64,000 nucleotides of DNA. Source: Eledone cirrhosa (taxonomy: Eukaryota). Numbering within the stretch: position 1 is the first letter of the stretch; the number at the start of each line of letters is the position of its first letter. The position numbers and the translations under genes were made by a program. The notes below the pieces were generated by a model. It did no database searches and was not told the DNA's origin. It worked only from the letters and a program-made list of their open reading frames with translations. Shown here in pieces: positions 1 through 12,934 of the stretch. The stretch is from NCBI GenBank assembly GCA_964016885.1, contig OZ024741.1, forward strand, positions 293,818,001-293,882,000. The letters run 5' to 3'.

Positions 1-204
1 ATTTTTCCAAGTGAAAAATAATTTCATTAGGAATAAGTATTAGTTAGTATTCAGTTTTAGTTTTAAGCTTTTACCGGTTGCGCATTTCTAATGCTTTTCA
101 AAAATAATTTTGAGATAGAGCGCTCGTGATTTTTGCTCTAATCTGATCAGTTTTGGAAATCCCTCCTGTTTTATGTGAAAAACATGGCTTGGGAGGTATT
201 AAGA

Positions 205-358
205 TTTGGTTGGTTGTTGAATGTCATGTGAATAAGCACTATAAATTTCGCGCCAATTCGTGTTGCAAAAATTCTTGTCGTCAAAACAATTTTGATTGGT
301 CGGTAGAAGTCACGTGAATGTTAAAATTGATTTTAGCGCGAACTGGTTTCGCACCAAA
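205..358. promoter_or_regulatory. Putative promoter-like cluster: duplicated ATTGG(CCAAT)/E-box module with E2F-like sites
   Basis: TTTCGCGCCAA at 246-256; TGATTGGTC at 293-301; GTCACGTGA at 309-317; TTTAGCGCGAA at 332-342; TTTCGCACCAAA at 347-358. A degenerate copy of the module (TTGGTTGGTTGTTGAATGTCATGTGAAT) lies at ~207-234. Locally CpG-rich in an otherwise CpG-poor window. No linked gene is visible. Confidence 0.4.
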
Positions 359-596
359 TGTAGGTTTGTCGAAGAGTGTCCTTTTCCGCTTGATTGAGTT
401 GCAGTCATGTTGACCTTTCAACATGACTGCAACTCACACACGTACACACACATCCCTACTGACGATTATCACAACAATGAACCACTTTACTACACACACA
501 CACACATATTTGTCTTAATAGACATATTTTTCAGTGACTTCTCAACATGACTGCAACTCAATCAAGCAGAAAAGGACACTCTTCGACAAACCTACA
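359..596. repeat. Fold-back inverted repeat (55-bp arms) with inner hairpin
   Basis: 359-413 is the reverse complement of 542-596 with one mismatch. 418-436 repeats the inner 19 bp of the right arm and forms a hairpin with 395-413 (loop CCTT). Confidence 0.9.
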
Positions 597-690
597 CGCA
601 TGCACACACAGACACACACACACACACATATAAATAGATACATACCCACACATACACACATACACAGACATATTTATATATACATACATG

Positions 691-1136
691 AAGGCACATG
701 GCTTAGTGGTTAGAGCATTGGACTTGCAATCGAAAGGTTGTGAGTTCAATTCTTGGACCGGGTGATGTGTTGTTTCCTTGAGTAAGACACTTTATTTCAC
801 ATTGCTCCAGTTTACTCAGCTGTAGAAATGAGATGATAGGACTGGGGTCCTTTCTATTCCACTGCAAAGTGGTCGTAGATGTGCCACGGCAAAAAAGCAC
901 CCAGCCCACACTGTAAAGTGGACGTGTAGGCACCACAGAGAAAAAGCACCCAGCACTCACTATAAATGAGGTTGATGTTAGGAAGGGCATCCAGCTGTAG
1001 AAATCAAGCCAGAATCGGTTCCCGTATGAGCAAGACAAGGTCAGCCGACCAGACATTGCTCACAGCAGGACAACCCGTCTAACTCATGCTAGCGTGGAAG
1101 AATGGACGTAAATGGTGATGATGATGATGATGATGA
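691..1136 (+). mobile_element. tRNA-derived SINE (CORE-like centre, RTE-LINE 3' tail)
   Basis: Pol III A box TGGCTTAGTGG (699-709) and B box GAGTTCAATTC (742-752); CORE-like CCTTGAGTAAGACACTT; the 3' half matches the 3' UTR of the RTE copy at 50371-51153; ends in (GAT)n. Confidence 0.85.
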
Positions 1137-1674
1137 TATAATGTATTTTCAAACTATATTACTCAGAGACATTATTAAAAACCAATAAATTCCTCCTACT
1201 ATTGATCTCAATAGCAGGACAGATTCTGAATAATTAATTTGTAAATTTCTAGTGTAATAGAAAAAAAAGCACTTAAAATCTATATCATGATCATCCTTAT
1301 CTCCATCTACATCCTTATCATCATTATCAACATTATCACTACATTCTTCTTACACCATCCTCATAATCATTATCACCATTCTTATCATCGCTATCTCTAT
1401 CACTATCATCATCATCATTATCACTATCCTCATAATTATCATCATCTACATCCTCATCATTCTGATCTACATCCTCATCATTCTGATCCCCATCCTCATC
1501 ATTATTATCACCATCCTTATCATTATCTCCCTCATAATCATTATCACCATCCTCATAATTATTATCATCATCTACATCCTCATCATCTTTATCCCCATCC
1601 TCATCATTATTATCATCAGGTACAAACTCATCATTATTATCCCCATCCTTATCATTGTTATCTCCATCTACATC

Positions 1675-4600
1675 CTCATCATCATTATTACCATCCTTAT
1701 CATCTTTATTACCATCCTTATCATCGTTATTACCATCCTCATCATCATTATTACCATCCTTATCATCTTTATTACCATCCTCATCATCATTATTACCATC
1801 CTTATCATCATTATTACCATCCTTATCATCTTTATTACCATCCTCATCATCATTATTACCATCCTTATCATCTTTATTACCATCCTCATCATCATTATTA
1901 CCATCCTTATCATCATTATTACCATCCTTATCATCTTTATTACCATCCTCATCATCATTATTACCATCCTTATCATCATTATTACCATCCTTATCATCAT
2001 TATTACCATCCTCATCATCATTATTACCATCCTTATCATCTTTATTACCATCCTCATCATCATTATTACCATCCTTATCATCATTATTACCATCCTTATC
2101 ATCATTATTACCATCCTTATCATCTTTATTACCATCCTTATCATCTTTATTACCATCCTTATCATCTTTATTACCATCCTTATCATCTTTATTACCATCC
2201 TTATCATCATTATTACCATCCTTATCATCTTTATTACCATCCTCATCATCATTATTACCATCCTTATCATCTTTATTACCATCCTCATCATCATTATTAC
2301 CATCCTTATCATCTTTATTACCATCCTTATCATCTTTATTACCATCCTCATCATCATTATTACCATCCTTATCATCTTTATTACCATCCTTATCATCTTT
2401 ATTACCATCCTCATCATCATTATTACCATCCTTATCATCATTATTACCATCCTCATCATCATTATTACCATCCTTATCATCTTTATTACCATCCTTATCA
2501 TCTTTATTACCATCCTTATCATCTTTATTACCATCCTTATCATCATTATTACCATCCTTATCATCTTTATTACCATCCTCATCATCATTATTACCATCCT
2601 TATCATCTTTATTACCATCCTTATCATCTTTATTACCATCCTCATCATCATTATTACCATCCTTATCATCATTATTACCATCCTCATCATCATTATTACC
2701 ATCCTTATCATCTTTATTACCATCCTTATCATCTTTATTACCATCCTTATCATCTTTATTACCATCCTTATCATCATTATTACCATCCTTATCATCTTTA
2801 TTACCATCCTCATCATCATTATTACCATCCTTATCATCTTTATTACCATCCTTATCATCTTTATTACCATCCTCATCATCATTATTACCATCCTTATCAT
2901 CATTATTACCATCCTCATCATCATTATTACCATCCTTATCATCTTTATTACCATCCTTATCATCTTTATTACCATCCTTATCATCTTTATTACCATCCTT
3001 ATCATCATTATTACCATCCTTATCATCTTTATTACCATCCTCATCATCATTATTACCATCCTTATCATCTTTATTACCATCCTCATCATCATTATTACCA
3101 TCCTTATCATCTTTATTACCATCCTTATCATCTTTATTACCATCCTCATCATCATTATTACCATCCTTATCATCTTTATTACCATCCTTATCATCTTTAT
3201 TACCATCCTCATCATCATTATTACCATCCTTATCATCATTATTACCATCCTCATCATCATTATTACCATCCTTATCATCTTTATTACCATCCTTATCATC
3301 TTTATTACCATCCTCATCATCATTATTACCATCCTTATCATCTTTATTACCATCCTTATCATCTTTATTACCATCCTTATCATCTTTATTACCATCCTTA
3401 TCATCTTTATTACCATCCTTATCATCTTTATTACCATCCTTATCATCATTATTACCATCCTTATCATCTTTATTACCATCCTCATCATCATTATTACCAT
3501 CCTTATCATCTTTATTACCATCCTCATCATCATTATTACCATCCTTATCATCTTTATTACCATCCTTATCATCTTTATTACCATCCTCATCATCATTATT
3601 ACCATCCTTATCATCTTTATTACCATCCTTATCATCTTTATTACCATCCTCATCATCATTATTACCATCCTTATCATCATTATTACCATCCTCATCATCA
3701 TTATTACCATCCTTATCATCTTTATTACCATCCTTATCATCTTTATTACCATCCTTATCATCTTTATTACCATCCTTATCATCTTTATTACCATCCTTAT
3801 CATCTTTATTACCATCCTCATCATCATTATTACCATCCTTATCATCTTTATTACCATCCTTATCATCTTTATTACCATCCTTATCATCTTTATTACCATC
3901 CTTATCATCTTTATTACCATCCTTATCATCTTTATTACCATCCTTATCATCATTATTACCATCCTTATCATCTTTATTACCATCCTCATCATCATTATTA
4001 CCATCCTTATCATCTTTATTACCATCCTCATCATCATTATTACCATCCTTATCATCTTTATTACCATCCTTATCATCTTTATTACCATCCTCATCATCAT
4101 TATTACCATCCTTATCATCTTTATTACCATCCTTATCATCTTTATTACCATCCTCATCATCATTATTACCATCCTTATCATCATTATTACCATCCTCATC
4201 ATCATTATTACCATCCTTATCATCTTTATTACCATCCTTATCATCTTTATTACCATCCTTATCATCTTTATTACCATCCTTATCATCATTATTACCATCC
4301 TTATCATCTTTATTACCATCCTCATCATCATTATTACCATCCTTATCATCTTTATTACCATCCTTATCATCTTTATTACCATCCTCATCATCATTATTAC
4401 CATCCTTATCATCATTATTACCATCCTCATCATCATTATTACCATCCTTATCATCTTTATTACCATCCTTATCATCTTTATTACCATCCTTATCATCTTT
4501 ATTACCATCCTTATCATCATTATTACCATCCTTATCATCTTTATTACCATCCTCATCATCATTATTACCATCCTTATCATCTTTATTACCATCCTTATCA

Positions 4601-6781
4601 TCTTTATTACCATCCTCATCATCATTATTACCATCCTTATCATCATTATTACCATCCTCATCATCATTATTACCATCCTTATCATCTTTATTACCATCCT
4701 TATCATCTTTATTACCATCCTTATCATCTTTATTACCATCCTTATCATCATTATTACCATCCTCATCATCATTATTACCATCCTTATCATCTTTATTACC
4801 ATCCTCATCATCATTATTACCATCCTTATCATCTTTATTACCATCCTTATCATCTTTATTACCATCCTCATCATCATTATTACCATCCTTATCATCTTTA
4901 TTACCATCCTTATCATCATTATTACCATCCTCATCATCATTATTACCATCCTTATCATCTTTATTACCATCCTTATCATCTTTATTACCATCCTCATCAT
5001 CATTATTACCATCCTTATCATCTTTATTACCATCCTTATCATCTTTATTACCATCCTTATCATCGTTATTACCATCCTCATCATCGTTATTACCATCCTC
5101 ATCATCGTTATTACCATCCTTATCATCTTTATTACCATCCTTATCATCTTTATTACCATCCTCATCATCATTATTACCATCCTTATCATCTTTATTACCA
5201 TCCTTATCATCTTTATTACCATCCTTATCATCATTATTACCATCCTTATCATCTTTATTACCATCCTCATCATCATTATTACCATCCTTATCATCTTTAT
5301 TACCATCCTTATCATCTTTATTACCATCCTTATCATCTTTATTACCATCCTTATCATCTTTATTACCATCCTTATCATCATTATTACCATCCTTATCATC
5401 TTTATTACCATCCTCATCATCATTATTACCATCCTTATCATCTTTATTACCATCCTCATCATCATTATTACCATCCTCATCATCATTATTACCATCCTTA
5501 TCATCTTTATTACCATCCTTATCATCTTTATTACCATCCTCATCATCATTATTACCATCCTCATCATCATTATTACCATCCTTATCATCTTTATTACCAT
5601 CCTCATCATCATTATTACCATCCTTATCATCTTTATTACCATCCTTATCATCATTATTACCATCCTTATCATCTTTATTACCATCCTTATCATCTTTATT
5701 ACCATCCTCATCATCATTATTACCATCCTTATCATCTTTATTACCATCCTCATCATCATTATTACCATCCTTATCATCTTTATTACCATCCTTATCATCA
5801 TTATTACCATCCTTATCATCTTTATTACCATCCTCATCATCATTATTACCATCCTTATCATCTTTATTACCATCCTCATCATCATTATTACCATCCTTAT
5901 CATCTTTATTACCATCCTTATCATCTTTATTACCATCCTTATCATCTTTATTACCATCCTTATCATCTTTATTACCATCCTCATCATCATTATTACCATC
6001 CTTATCATCTTTATTACCATCCTTATCATCTTTATTACCATCCTCATCATCATTATTACCATCCTTATCATCTTTATTACCATCCTCATCATCATTATTA
6101 CCATCCTTATCATCATTATTACCATCCTTATCATCGTTATTACCATCCTTATCATCTTTATTACCATCCTTATCATCATTATTACCATCCTTATCATCGT
6201 TATTACCATCCTCATCATCGTTATTACCATCCTCATCATCGTTATTACCATCCTTATCATCGTTATTACCATCCTTATCATCGTTATTACCATCCTTATC
6301 ATCTTTATTACCATCCTCATCATCGTTATTACCATCCTCATCATCGTTATTACCATCCTTATCATCGTTATTACCATCCTTATCATCGTTATTACCATCC
6401 TTATCATCTTTATTACCATCATCATCATCATTATTACCATCCTCATCATCGTTATTACCATCCTTATCATCGTTATTACCATCCTCATCATCGTTATTAC
6501 CATCCTTATCATCGTTATTACCATCCTTATCATCATTATTACCATCCTTATCATCTTTATTACCATCCTTATCATCATTATTACCATCCTTATCATCGTT
6601 ATTACCATCCTTATCATCTTTACTACCATCCTTATCATCGTTATTACCATCCTCATCATCGTTATTACCATCCTTATCATCGTTATTACCATCCTTATCA
6701 TCTTTATTACCATCCTCATCATCATTATTACCATCCTTATCATCATTATTACCATCCTTATCATCGTTATTACCATCCTTA
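1675..6781. repeat. 21-bp minisatellite array, ~240 units, consensus CATCCT(T/C)ATCATC(T/A/G)TTATTAC
   Basis: Directly visible near-perfect 21-bp period over ~5.1 kb, grading into degenerate (CAT)n-like sequence at 1285-1675. It accounts for the four 1700-1900 aa ORFs. Confidence 0.97.
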
Positions 6782-8109
6782 TATACATCATATTTTGTTG
6801 TCAATCATGGTACAGTTTGGACCGGTCTGCCATAGAGAATGTTGTTATTTTTGTTTTCCTGTCATCTCACCTGTGCCAGTCAACCAAACAACTTCCCCTT
6901 TCACTCATTTAAAGAAATTTAACAAAAAAAGGAATAATTTTAGAAAATATCAAACTTTAAAAAAATTTAAAATCTCTCAAAGACAGGAAGTGAGTATAGA
7001 ACAGAATTATATGAAAGGAGTTTCCGCATATCAACTAAGGTGTTCTGATGTGGCTATTTCCAATCCAATCCAATCTATTCTCACTCCGATTTGAGGAACC
7101 CCTCTTTGGTTTACCCCCACCACCTTCTGTTTGGTTTTGGTCGCCTCAGGTGTGTAGCTGTACTCATCAAACTTGGCTGATTGTGGGTTTGTGAAGCTAT
7201 TTAACCCATAGTTGGGTTGGAAGGCCATTGACTCTGAAGAGTTCATGTGTCCTTTTTACAGCTCTTGTATTGCTTACAGTTGAGAAACAAAATCTAAGAT
7301 ATATAGAGATAAGTGAATATAAAAATAAAAATCATAATATCACTTTTACATCCATTTCGCCATGCTTCCATATGTTGGGAAGGTCATCTCTAATATAACA
7401 TAGGTTTGTTGCATTTTTTATCTCAGTTTTCTAGAGAGAAGTGGAAGAGGGTGTGTGGGAGAGAGAGATAGAGGAAAATGGAGAGAGGGAGAAATACATA
7501 AAACAATTGCAAGAAATGACAAAATTATGTTTCAATAATATCTTCAATGTAAAATAATAGATGGTGATGTAGATGTTGATGATGATGAAAATGCAGATAA
7601 TGAAGATGACAATGATGATGACAATGGTGATGGTGGTGATGATAATGGTAATGCATATAATGATGATGACAATGATGACAATGATGATGTCTGATGACAC
7701 TGATAATAATGGTTTTGTCAATGATGATCACAATAATGATAATGATGTCTATGTAAGAGTGAAGAAATGCAATGAAAACAGAAGTGAAAGTGCTCCAAGA
7801 CAAAGTTTTATGCCAATCACTAGGTTCTGCAATTAAGACTTAATTACATTTTCACATTTATTTTCCAATTAATATTATTTATAGAACTGCTAGTTATGTT
7901 GCTGGGCAAGGAATGTCATGCCTGGAAGCTTGGACATGGTTATAGATATGGATAGACATATACACACACATGTACACACATACATATATATGAGTGAAGT
8001 AAACGAAAAATCAATACAATGAGGTAAAGGATACAGAACATTGAAGATATATATTAGTTTAATGCATGATATAGTAGGAAAAGAATTTTAACATTTCAGA
8101 TGTTAGCCC

Positions 8110-9270
8110 CCAATTTTTCAGATTTAACACCCCTTACCAATGAGTATTAAAGTTACCATAGACTGACCATCTGAACACCCAAACCTTAGAATACCTGTAC
8201 TAGACACAGAACTCTGGTTAGAAACCATTAGTAATAAAACATACATCCTCCATTCACATTATGCCAAACCCATGACCTCCAAGTACCTGATCCATCAAAA
8301 CTCAGCAATTTCGAATAACATGAAAGTTAACATGCTCATTGTGGATTCAGTTAGAGTGATGAGGAATGTGTCCAACATGTGCAATCCTAAAGAATTAGAA
8401 AGTCACATATAACACTTCATCCACCACATGCAGTTGTCTGGTTACAATCAGAGAGACAGCATCAGGATATATAAAGGAGCCAGGACCAAATGGACAATGA
8501 TTGTAGAAAATGATGCAAATGGGACTTGCCCTATGTATAGGTGCATATTTTGAAATAAAATAGAAAGAATTAGGAAGAAGACTAATAAAGTCATCTCGTA
8601 GTATGATAGCAATAAATACCAGAGTGTAATCTTCATCAATGCAACCCCGACAGGTGAACTAGCTTACAGATTTAGAAGGGCTCCAGAGAAACTAAAATTA
8701 AATATTAAAATAGTTGAAAGAGCAGGTATTCCCATAAAAGCCCTAATTCGTAGAATATATCCTTTTGAAAAAAGCACTGATAGGAAATGGATAGTTTTCA
8801 AATTAAAACCACAAATTAACTGCAAAACTAAGAATATAGTATATAGCATAAAATGTACAGAAGGATAGTTTAGAAGTAGAAACACAACTTACATAGGTGC
8901 TCCGACAGATTACAGAAGCAACAAACATAAACAAACTGCAACCAAAATTAAACTGAAAACATGAGTGGAAGAGCAACAATATCACAACTAGTAATTAAGG
9001 ACAAGATAAAGACATACAGAGGTACATAAGGACAAAACTAATAAAATAAACCAGACACAGATAAAACAAGCAACCAACTAGTGACAAGTAAATAAACATA
9101 AATAAATTAAAAAAATTCTCACACACAAGGATATAATGCATGCACAACCCAAGTACACAGCACTCAACATACAAAAACAAGATAGTGTAGGACAGAATGA
9201 AGGAAAGACAAAAAAATAACAAATTAGTCACTGAGGAGGTAATAGAATGTGTGACAAAAGAGGTTTGACA
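8110..9270 (+). pseudogene. Decayed Penelope-like element fragment (RT thumb to GIY-YIG start, plus 3' end), related to the 36362-39230 family
   Basis: Colinear similarity with 37920-38700 (e.g. ACCTGTACTAGACACAGAACTCTGG vs ACCTGTATTAGACACGGAACTCTGG; CACTTCATC-ACCACATGCAGTT-TCTGG; AACTG-AAAACTA-AA). Many stops. Degenerate hammerhead-like motif at ~9227-9270. Confidence 0.8.
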
Positions 9271-9654
9271 ATAAATAAACAAGCATCTCGGGAATTTTAC
9301 CCGCCCTAGAATATGCATATATATATATGCATATATATGCATATATATATGTATATATGCATATATATATATATGTATATATGTATATGTGTGTATATAT
9401 ATATATATGTATATACTAGCCAAATTACCAACACCTTGCTGCATTTCACACATTCTTTTTGTAAGAAAATGATGATTGATTTTAAATCAGTGATATAATT
9501 TATAGAGAAAAACTTTGCATTTCAATATTACTCAATGTAAAATGTAATGCATGAAAAATTGGAAGACATTATTTTTTGTAATATATCAAATCAAAATTAC
9601 ATTAAATCTTATTCTTATTTTGTCAATAATTTTTTTCAAAATATCAATTCAAAT

Positions 9655-10242
9655 CTTTTTGTGAATAGCCATCATATCTTGTCATTTACCTATGGTTTAA
9701 ATTTCATATAAATCAAAAGGAAAAAATTTCCACGGCAGTTTTTACCTCCGGGGAACCCTAATAGGGGGGTTAACCCCCATTAGGGTGTCTTAATATTATT
9801 GATATTTGTTGAAATGTTGTGAATAGGCATCATATCTTGTCATTTACCTATGGTTTAATTTTCATATAAATCAAAGGGAAAACATATTCAGCGGGGGGGG
9901 GGGTTGTGCCTCCGGGGAACCCTAATAGGGGGTTTACCCCCCATTAGGGTGTCTTAATATTATTGATATTTGCTGAAATTTTGTCAATAGGCATCATATC
10001 TTGTCATTTACCTATGGTTTAAATTTCATATAAATTGAAGGGAAAACATTTTCAGCGGGTGTTCTCAGCAGAGGTTTTGTGACCCCGGGAAACCCTTTGA
10101 TTAAAATGAAATATACTTATCGAAGTACCCTGGGCAATGTAGTTTCAGAATATATATGGTTATGGGGGTCTATCGCCAAAACGATAGGAGTAGTTCGTGA
10201 ACAAAGAAACAAACAAACAGGAATACAACTTTATATATATAG
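9655..10242 (-). mobile_element. Non-autonomous Helitron-like element with ~160-bp internal tandem repeats
   Basis: The minus-strand terminus CTATATATATAAAG...(TGTT)n...AACTACT resembles non-autonomous Helitron 5' ends. Three repeat units have ATCATATCTTGTCATTTACC at 9671, 9829 and 9993. A possible CTAG 3' end lies at 9415-9419 (uncertain). Confidence 0.55.
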
Positions 10243-10321
10243 GGGTGTGTGTGTGTGCGTGCATGTATGTGTGTGCATATATATGTGTGTGCATATATAT
10301 GTGTGTGTATATATATGTATG

Positions 10322-10403
10322 TGGAGAGATGCTGTGCTGAATAGGACCCGTCCAACCCTTGCAAGCAGGGAAAAGCGGACATAAAATGATGATGATGATG
10401 ATA
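10322..10403 (+). mobile_element. 5'-truncated RTE LINE 3' tail
   Basis: GTGGAGAGATGCTGTG...CCAACCCTTGCAAGCAGGGAAAAGCGGAC..(ATG)n; same tail as 25695-25773 and 63881-63937. Confidence 0.8.
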
Positions 10404-11969
10404 TATATCTCGGTCGTTAATTACCTTGACGTTACCCTCAATTTATTGTTTGGGTTGTATTACCCGTATAGAAAGCCGAATGATACGCTTAATTACATAA
10501 GTAAGCATTCCAACCATCCTGCCAGCATAACCAAGAACCTGGTAAGAAACGTTTCGTTGAGGCTTTCCCGTCTATCTACTAACGAGCATATTTTCAACGA
10601 CCATTCCACTTATTACAATGAAGCTCTTGCTCGGAGTGGATTTGTCGATAAGGTAGCATATACAGAGTACGAAAATAGACCTAGAAGAAATAGATCCCGT
10701 CGCATTTGTTGGTATAACCCACCATATAATATGGAGTTGGCCTCACCATTAGCTAAGATCTTTCTTTCCCTTATTACGAAGCATTTTCCCCCTACACATA
10801 AATATAGTAAAATTTTTAATAGAAATACTATTAAAATTTCTTACTCAACGACTCCTAACCTTGCACATAACATCACAGCTTCAAATTTAGCTAAACTACC
10901 TAGCCGTAGGAACACGTGCAACCCTGTAGTTAGTACTAACTGTCATTGTAGGAATCGGGTGGATTGCCCCCTATCCGGGAAATGCCTCCCTAGTAGCATT
11001 GTCTACAAATGTAAGGTTGTAACACCCACGTCCCGTAGGGCCTACATAGGGTTAACCGCCAATAGATTCAAGCAGCGTCTTTACACGCATACCCATTCTT
11101 TTCGTTACCCTCTAAGAAGGAATATGACGTTACTTTCAGCTTATATCTGGAGTCTAAAAGACAACCACACCCAATATAAGTTACACTGGGAGATCCTAGC
11201 TAGGGCTAGATCGTATAACGGAAATAAAAGACCATGTGACCTCTGCGCCGCTGAGGCCCTGGAAATACTCTACGCCACAGACCACATCTTAAACAAAAAA
11301 TCTGAAGCAATTTCGGCTTGTAAACATAAATTGCACAAAACTTTCCTGTATTACAGCCCCACGTTATACCCTAATGGATAGTACGATCTATACGTGGATA
11401 TTTTACGTCTTGATGTGGGAGCTAAGTATATGTTTTATTTATACCATTACTTATTTGCATAGGTAAGTATATATTACCCGTTTGTTTCGTGAAGGTACGT
11501 ATACCTTCTCGTTCGTATATTTGATTGTTTATGTTATGGCGTAAATTTTTTTATTTTTTTTATTGTGGTACATATGGTTTGGCTATGTGTATACGGGAGT
11601 TTTGCGTCTGTGTGAGTATGCTGGTTCGTACGTATGTAGGGTGTGTGTATATGTGTACTTCATGTTTTGGTTGACTTACGTCTCCGAACATTCGTGGTTT
11701 TACATGTAGGTATGTGTGTGCGCTTGTTATATACGTATTTATTTATTTATATACGTTTATATATTTATTTATTATTTTTTTTGTATACACGCATACACAC
11801 ACATATTTATATGTGCGTGGTTTTGTATACCTATGGTAAGTGTTTTGCGTATGCTTGTGTATGTACGTATTTGTTTGCGTGTATGTATTTATTTATTTCT
11901 ATTACTTCCGTATTGTATTTATTTACTTTGTTCTTAACTCTGTAGCGGAGATTCATTCGGTCTCCTAGT

Positions 11970-12226
11970 TAGTCTACGACTTCTGCTATAGCATTTACGT
12001 GGTTTTGTCTTTGCGTGCTATTGTTCTCCACGCTCCACATATGACGTATTATCTTTGTTTTTTCTCGTTCATTGCCAGAGAACGTCTCTATGCACCACCT
12101 AAGAGAACATTAGTCTACGACCTCCTTTATACCATAAACGTGGTTCTATCTTTGCGCGTAATTGTTTTTCACCGTTCCTATTAATGACGTATTATTCGTT
12201 TTTTCCCGTTCTTTGCCAGGGAACGT
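11970..12226. repeat. Two diverged ~141-bp-period direct repeats in the PLE 3' UTR
   Basis: TAGTCTACGAC...ACGTGGTT...TTTGCG...ATGACGTATT...TTGCCAG.GAACGT occurs at ~11970-12085 and ~12111-12226. Confidence 0.75.
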
Positions 12227-12316
12227 TACCACGAACCTAAGTATCGTCTTCCTGTCTTCCTCCGGTTGCAACGTTTTTTTAAATATCCACTTCTCCGTTT
12301 ACAGATTGACTTTGTT

Positions 12317-12367
12317 AGTTTCAGAAGATCCCGTTAAGGGTGAAAGCAGCGATTCTTTGCTTAAACT
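12317..12367 (+). ncRNA. Type I hammerhead ribozyme-like motif with variant core (CAGAAGA)
   Basis: Stem I AGTTT/AAACT; core CAGAAGA; stem II TCCC-GTTAA-GGGT; GAA; stem III AGCA/TGCT; predicted CUU cleavage triplet. PLE pLTRs are known to carry hammerheads. Confidence 0.6.
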
Positions 12368-12474
12368 TTAATCTGTTATTTTAATAAATATTTGCTCTAC
12401 GGTTCTTATATATTTGATATATATTTATCCTTATCGAGCCCTCTTTGGATTTTAGTCTTCAAATTTATTATTAT

Positions 12475-12529
<55 letters not shown>

Positions 12530-12934
12530 CACATATATATCATATATACATGCACACACATACATACATATTTTCTATGTATATGTAAATAAATACATAT
12601 ATGTGCATATGCATATATATTGTATAAATAGATTCACTCACAGACACCCATTGTTCACATTTCATTATACACTACAATACACAAGCAGTATGTTTAATAA
12701 TCTTTTGGAATCAGGAAATATTTAAATATTCATGTGAACAAAAGGAAACCATTGACTATATAAAATTTACCTTTAGTTTATACTCTTTGTTGTTTTTGTC
12801 TGTTTGTTGTTTTTTCAAGACCTACTACTGCTACGAGGATTTTTGCTTTGAAATACACAGACAACATAAAGTTTTGGATCATAACTTTGATAAAACCACT
12901 TCTGAAAAAGTTTAATGCTTTAAACTCACCACCT

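Larger units (their letters stand above)
10410..12478 (+). mobile_element. 5'-truncated Penelope-like element: RT thumb + Cys-rich linker + C-terminal GIY-YIG endonuclease, with 3' UTR/pLTR (possibly Hydra clade)
   Basis: The ORF to 11381 contains NYLDVTL, YRKPN..YI..SNHP, WYNPPY, CHCRNRVDCPLSGKC, IVY-x11-YIG, FKQRL..H, CDLC..E..LN..CKH. Flanked by (TA)n on both sides. Hammerhead-like fold at 12317-12367. The clade assignment is inference. Confidence 0.88.

Noticed and set aside
691-765. Functional tRNA gene
   Set aside because: A/B boxes are present but the stems are mismatched, and it continues into SINE body and RTE tail; the same holds for 59490-59564 and 63595-63665.
1675-6781. CRISPR-like regular array
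   Set aside because: Contiguous tandem units with no unique spacers, no cas genes, eukaryotic context.
1655-6835. 1726-aa Ser/Leu/Pro ORF and 1707-aa Met/Ile ORF
   Set aside because: Alternative frames of the 21-bp array; length divisible by 3 and stop-free by composition.
10359-10409. N-terminus of the 340-aa ORF (MQAGKSGHKMMMM)
   Set aside because: Read-through from an RTE tail and microsatellite into the truncated PLE; not a real start.
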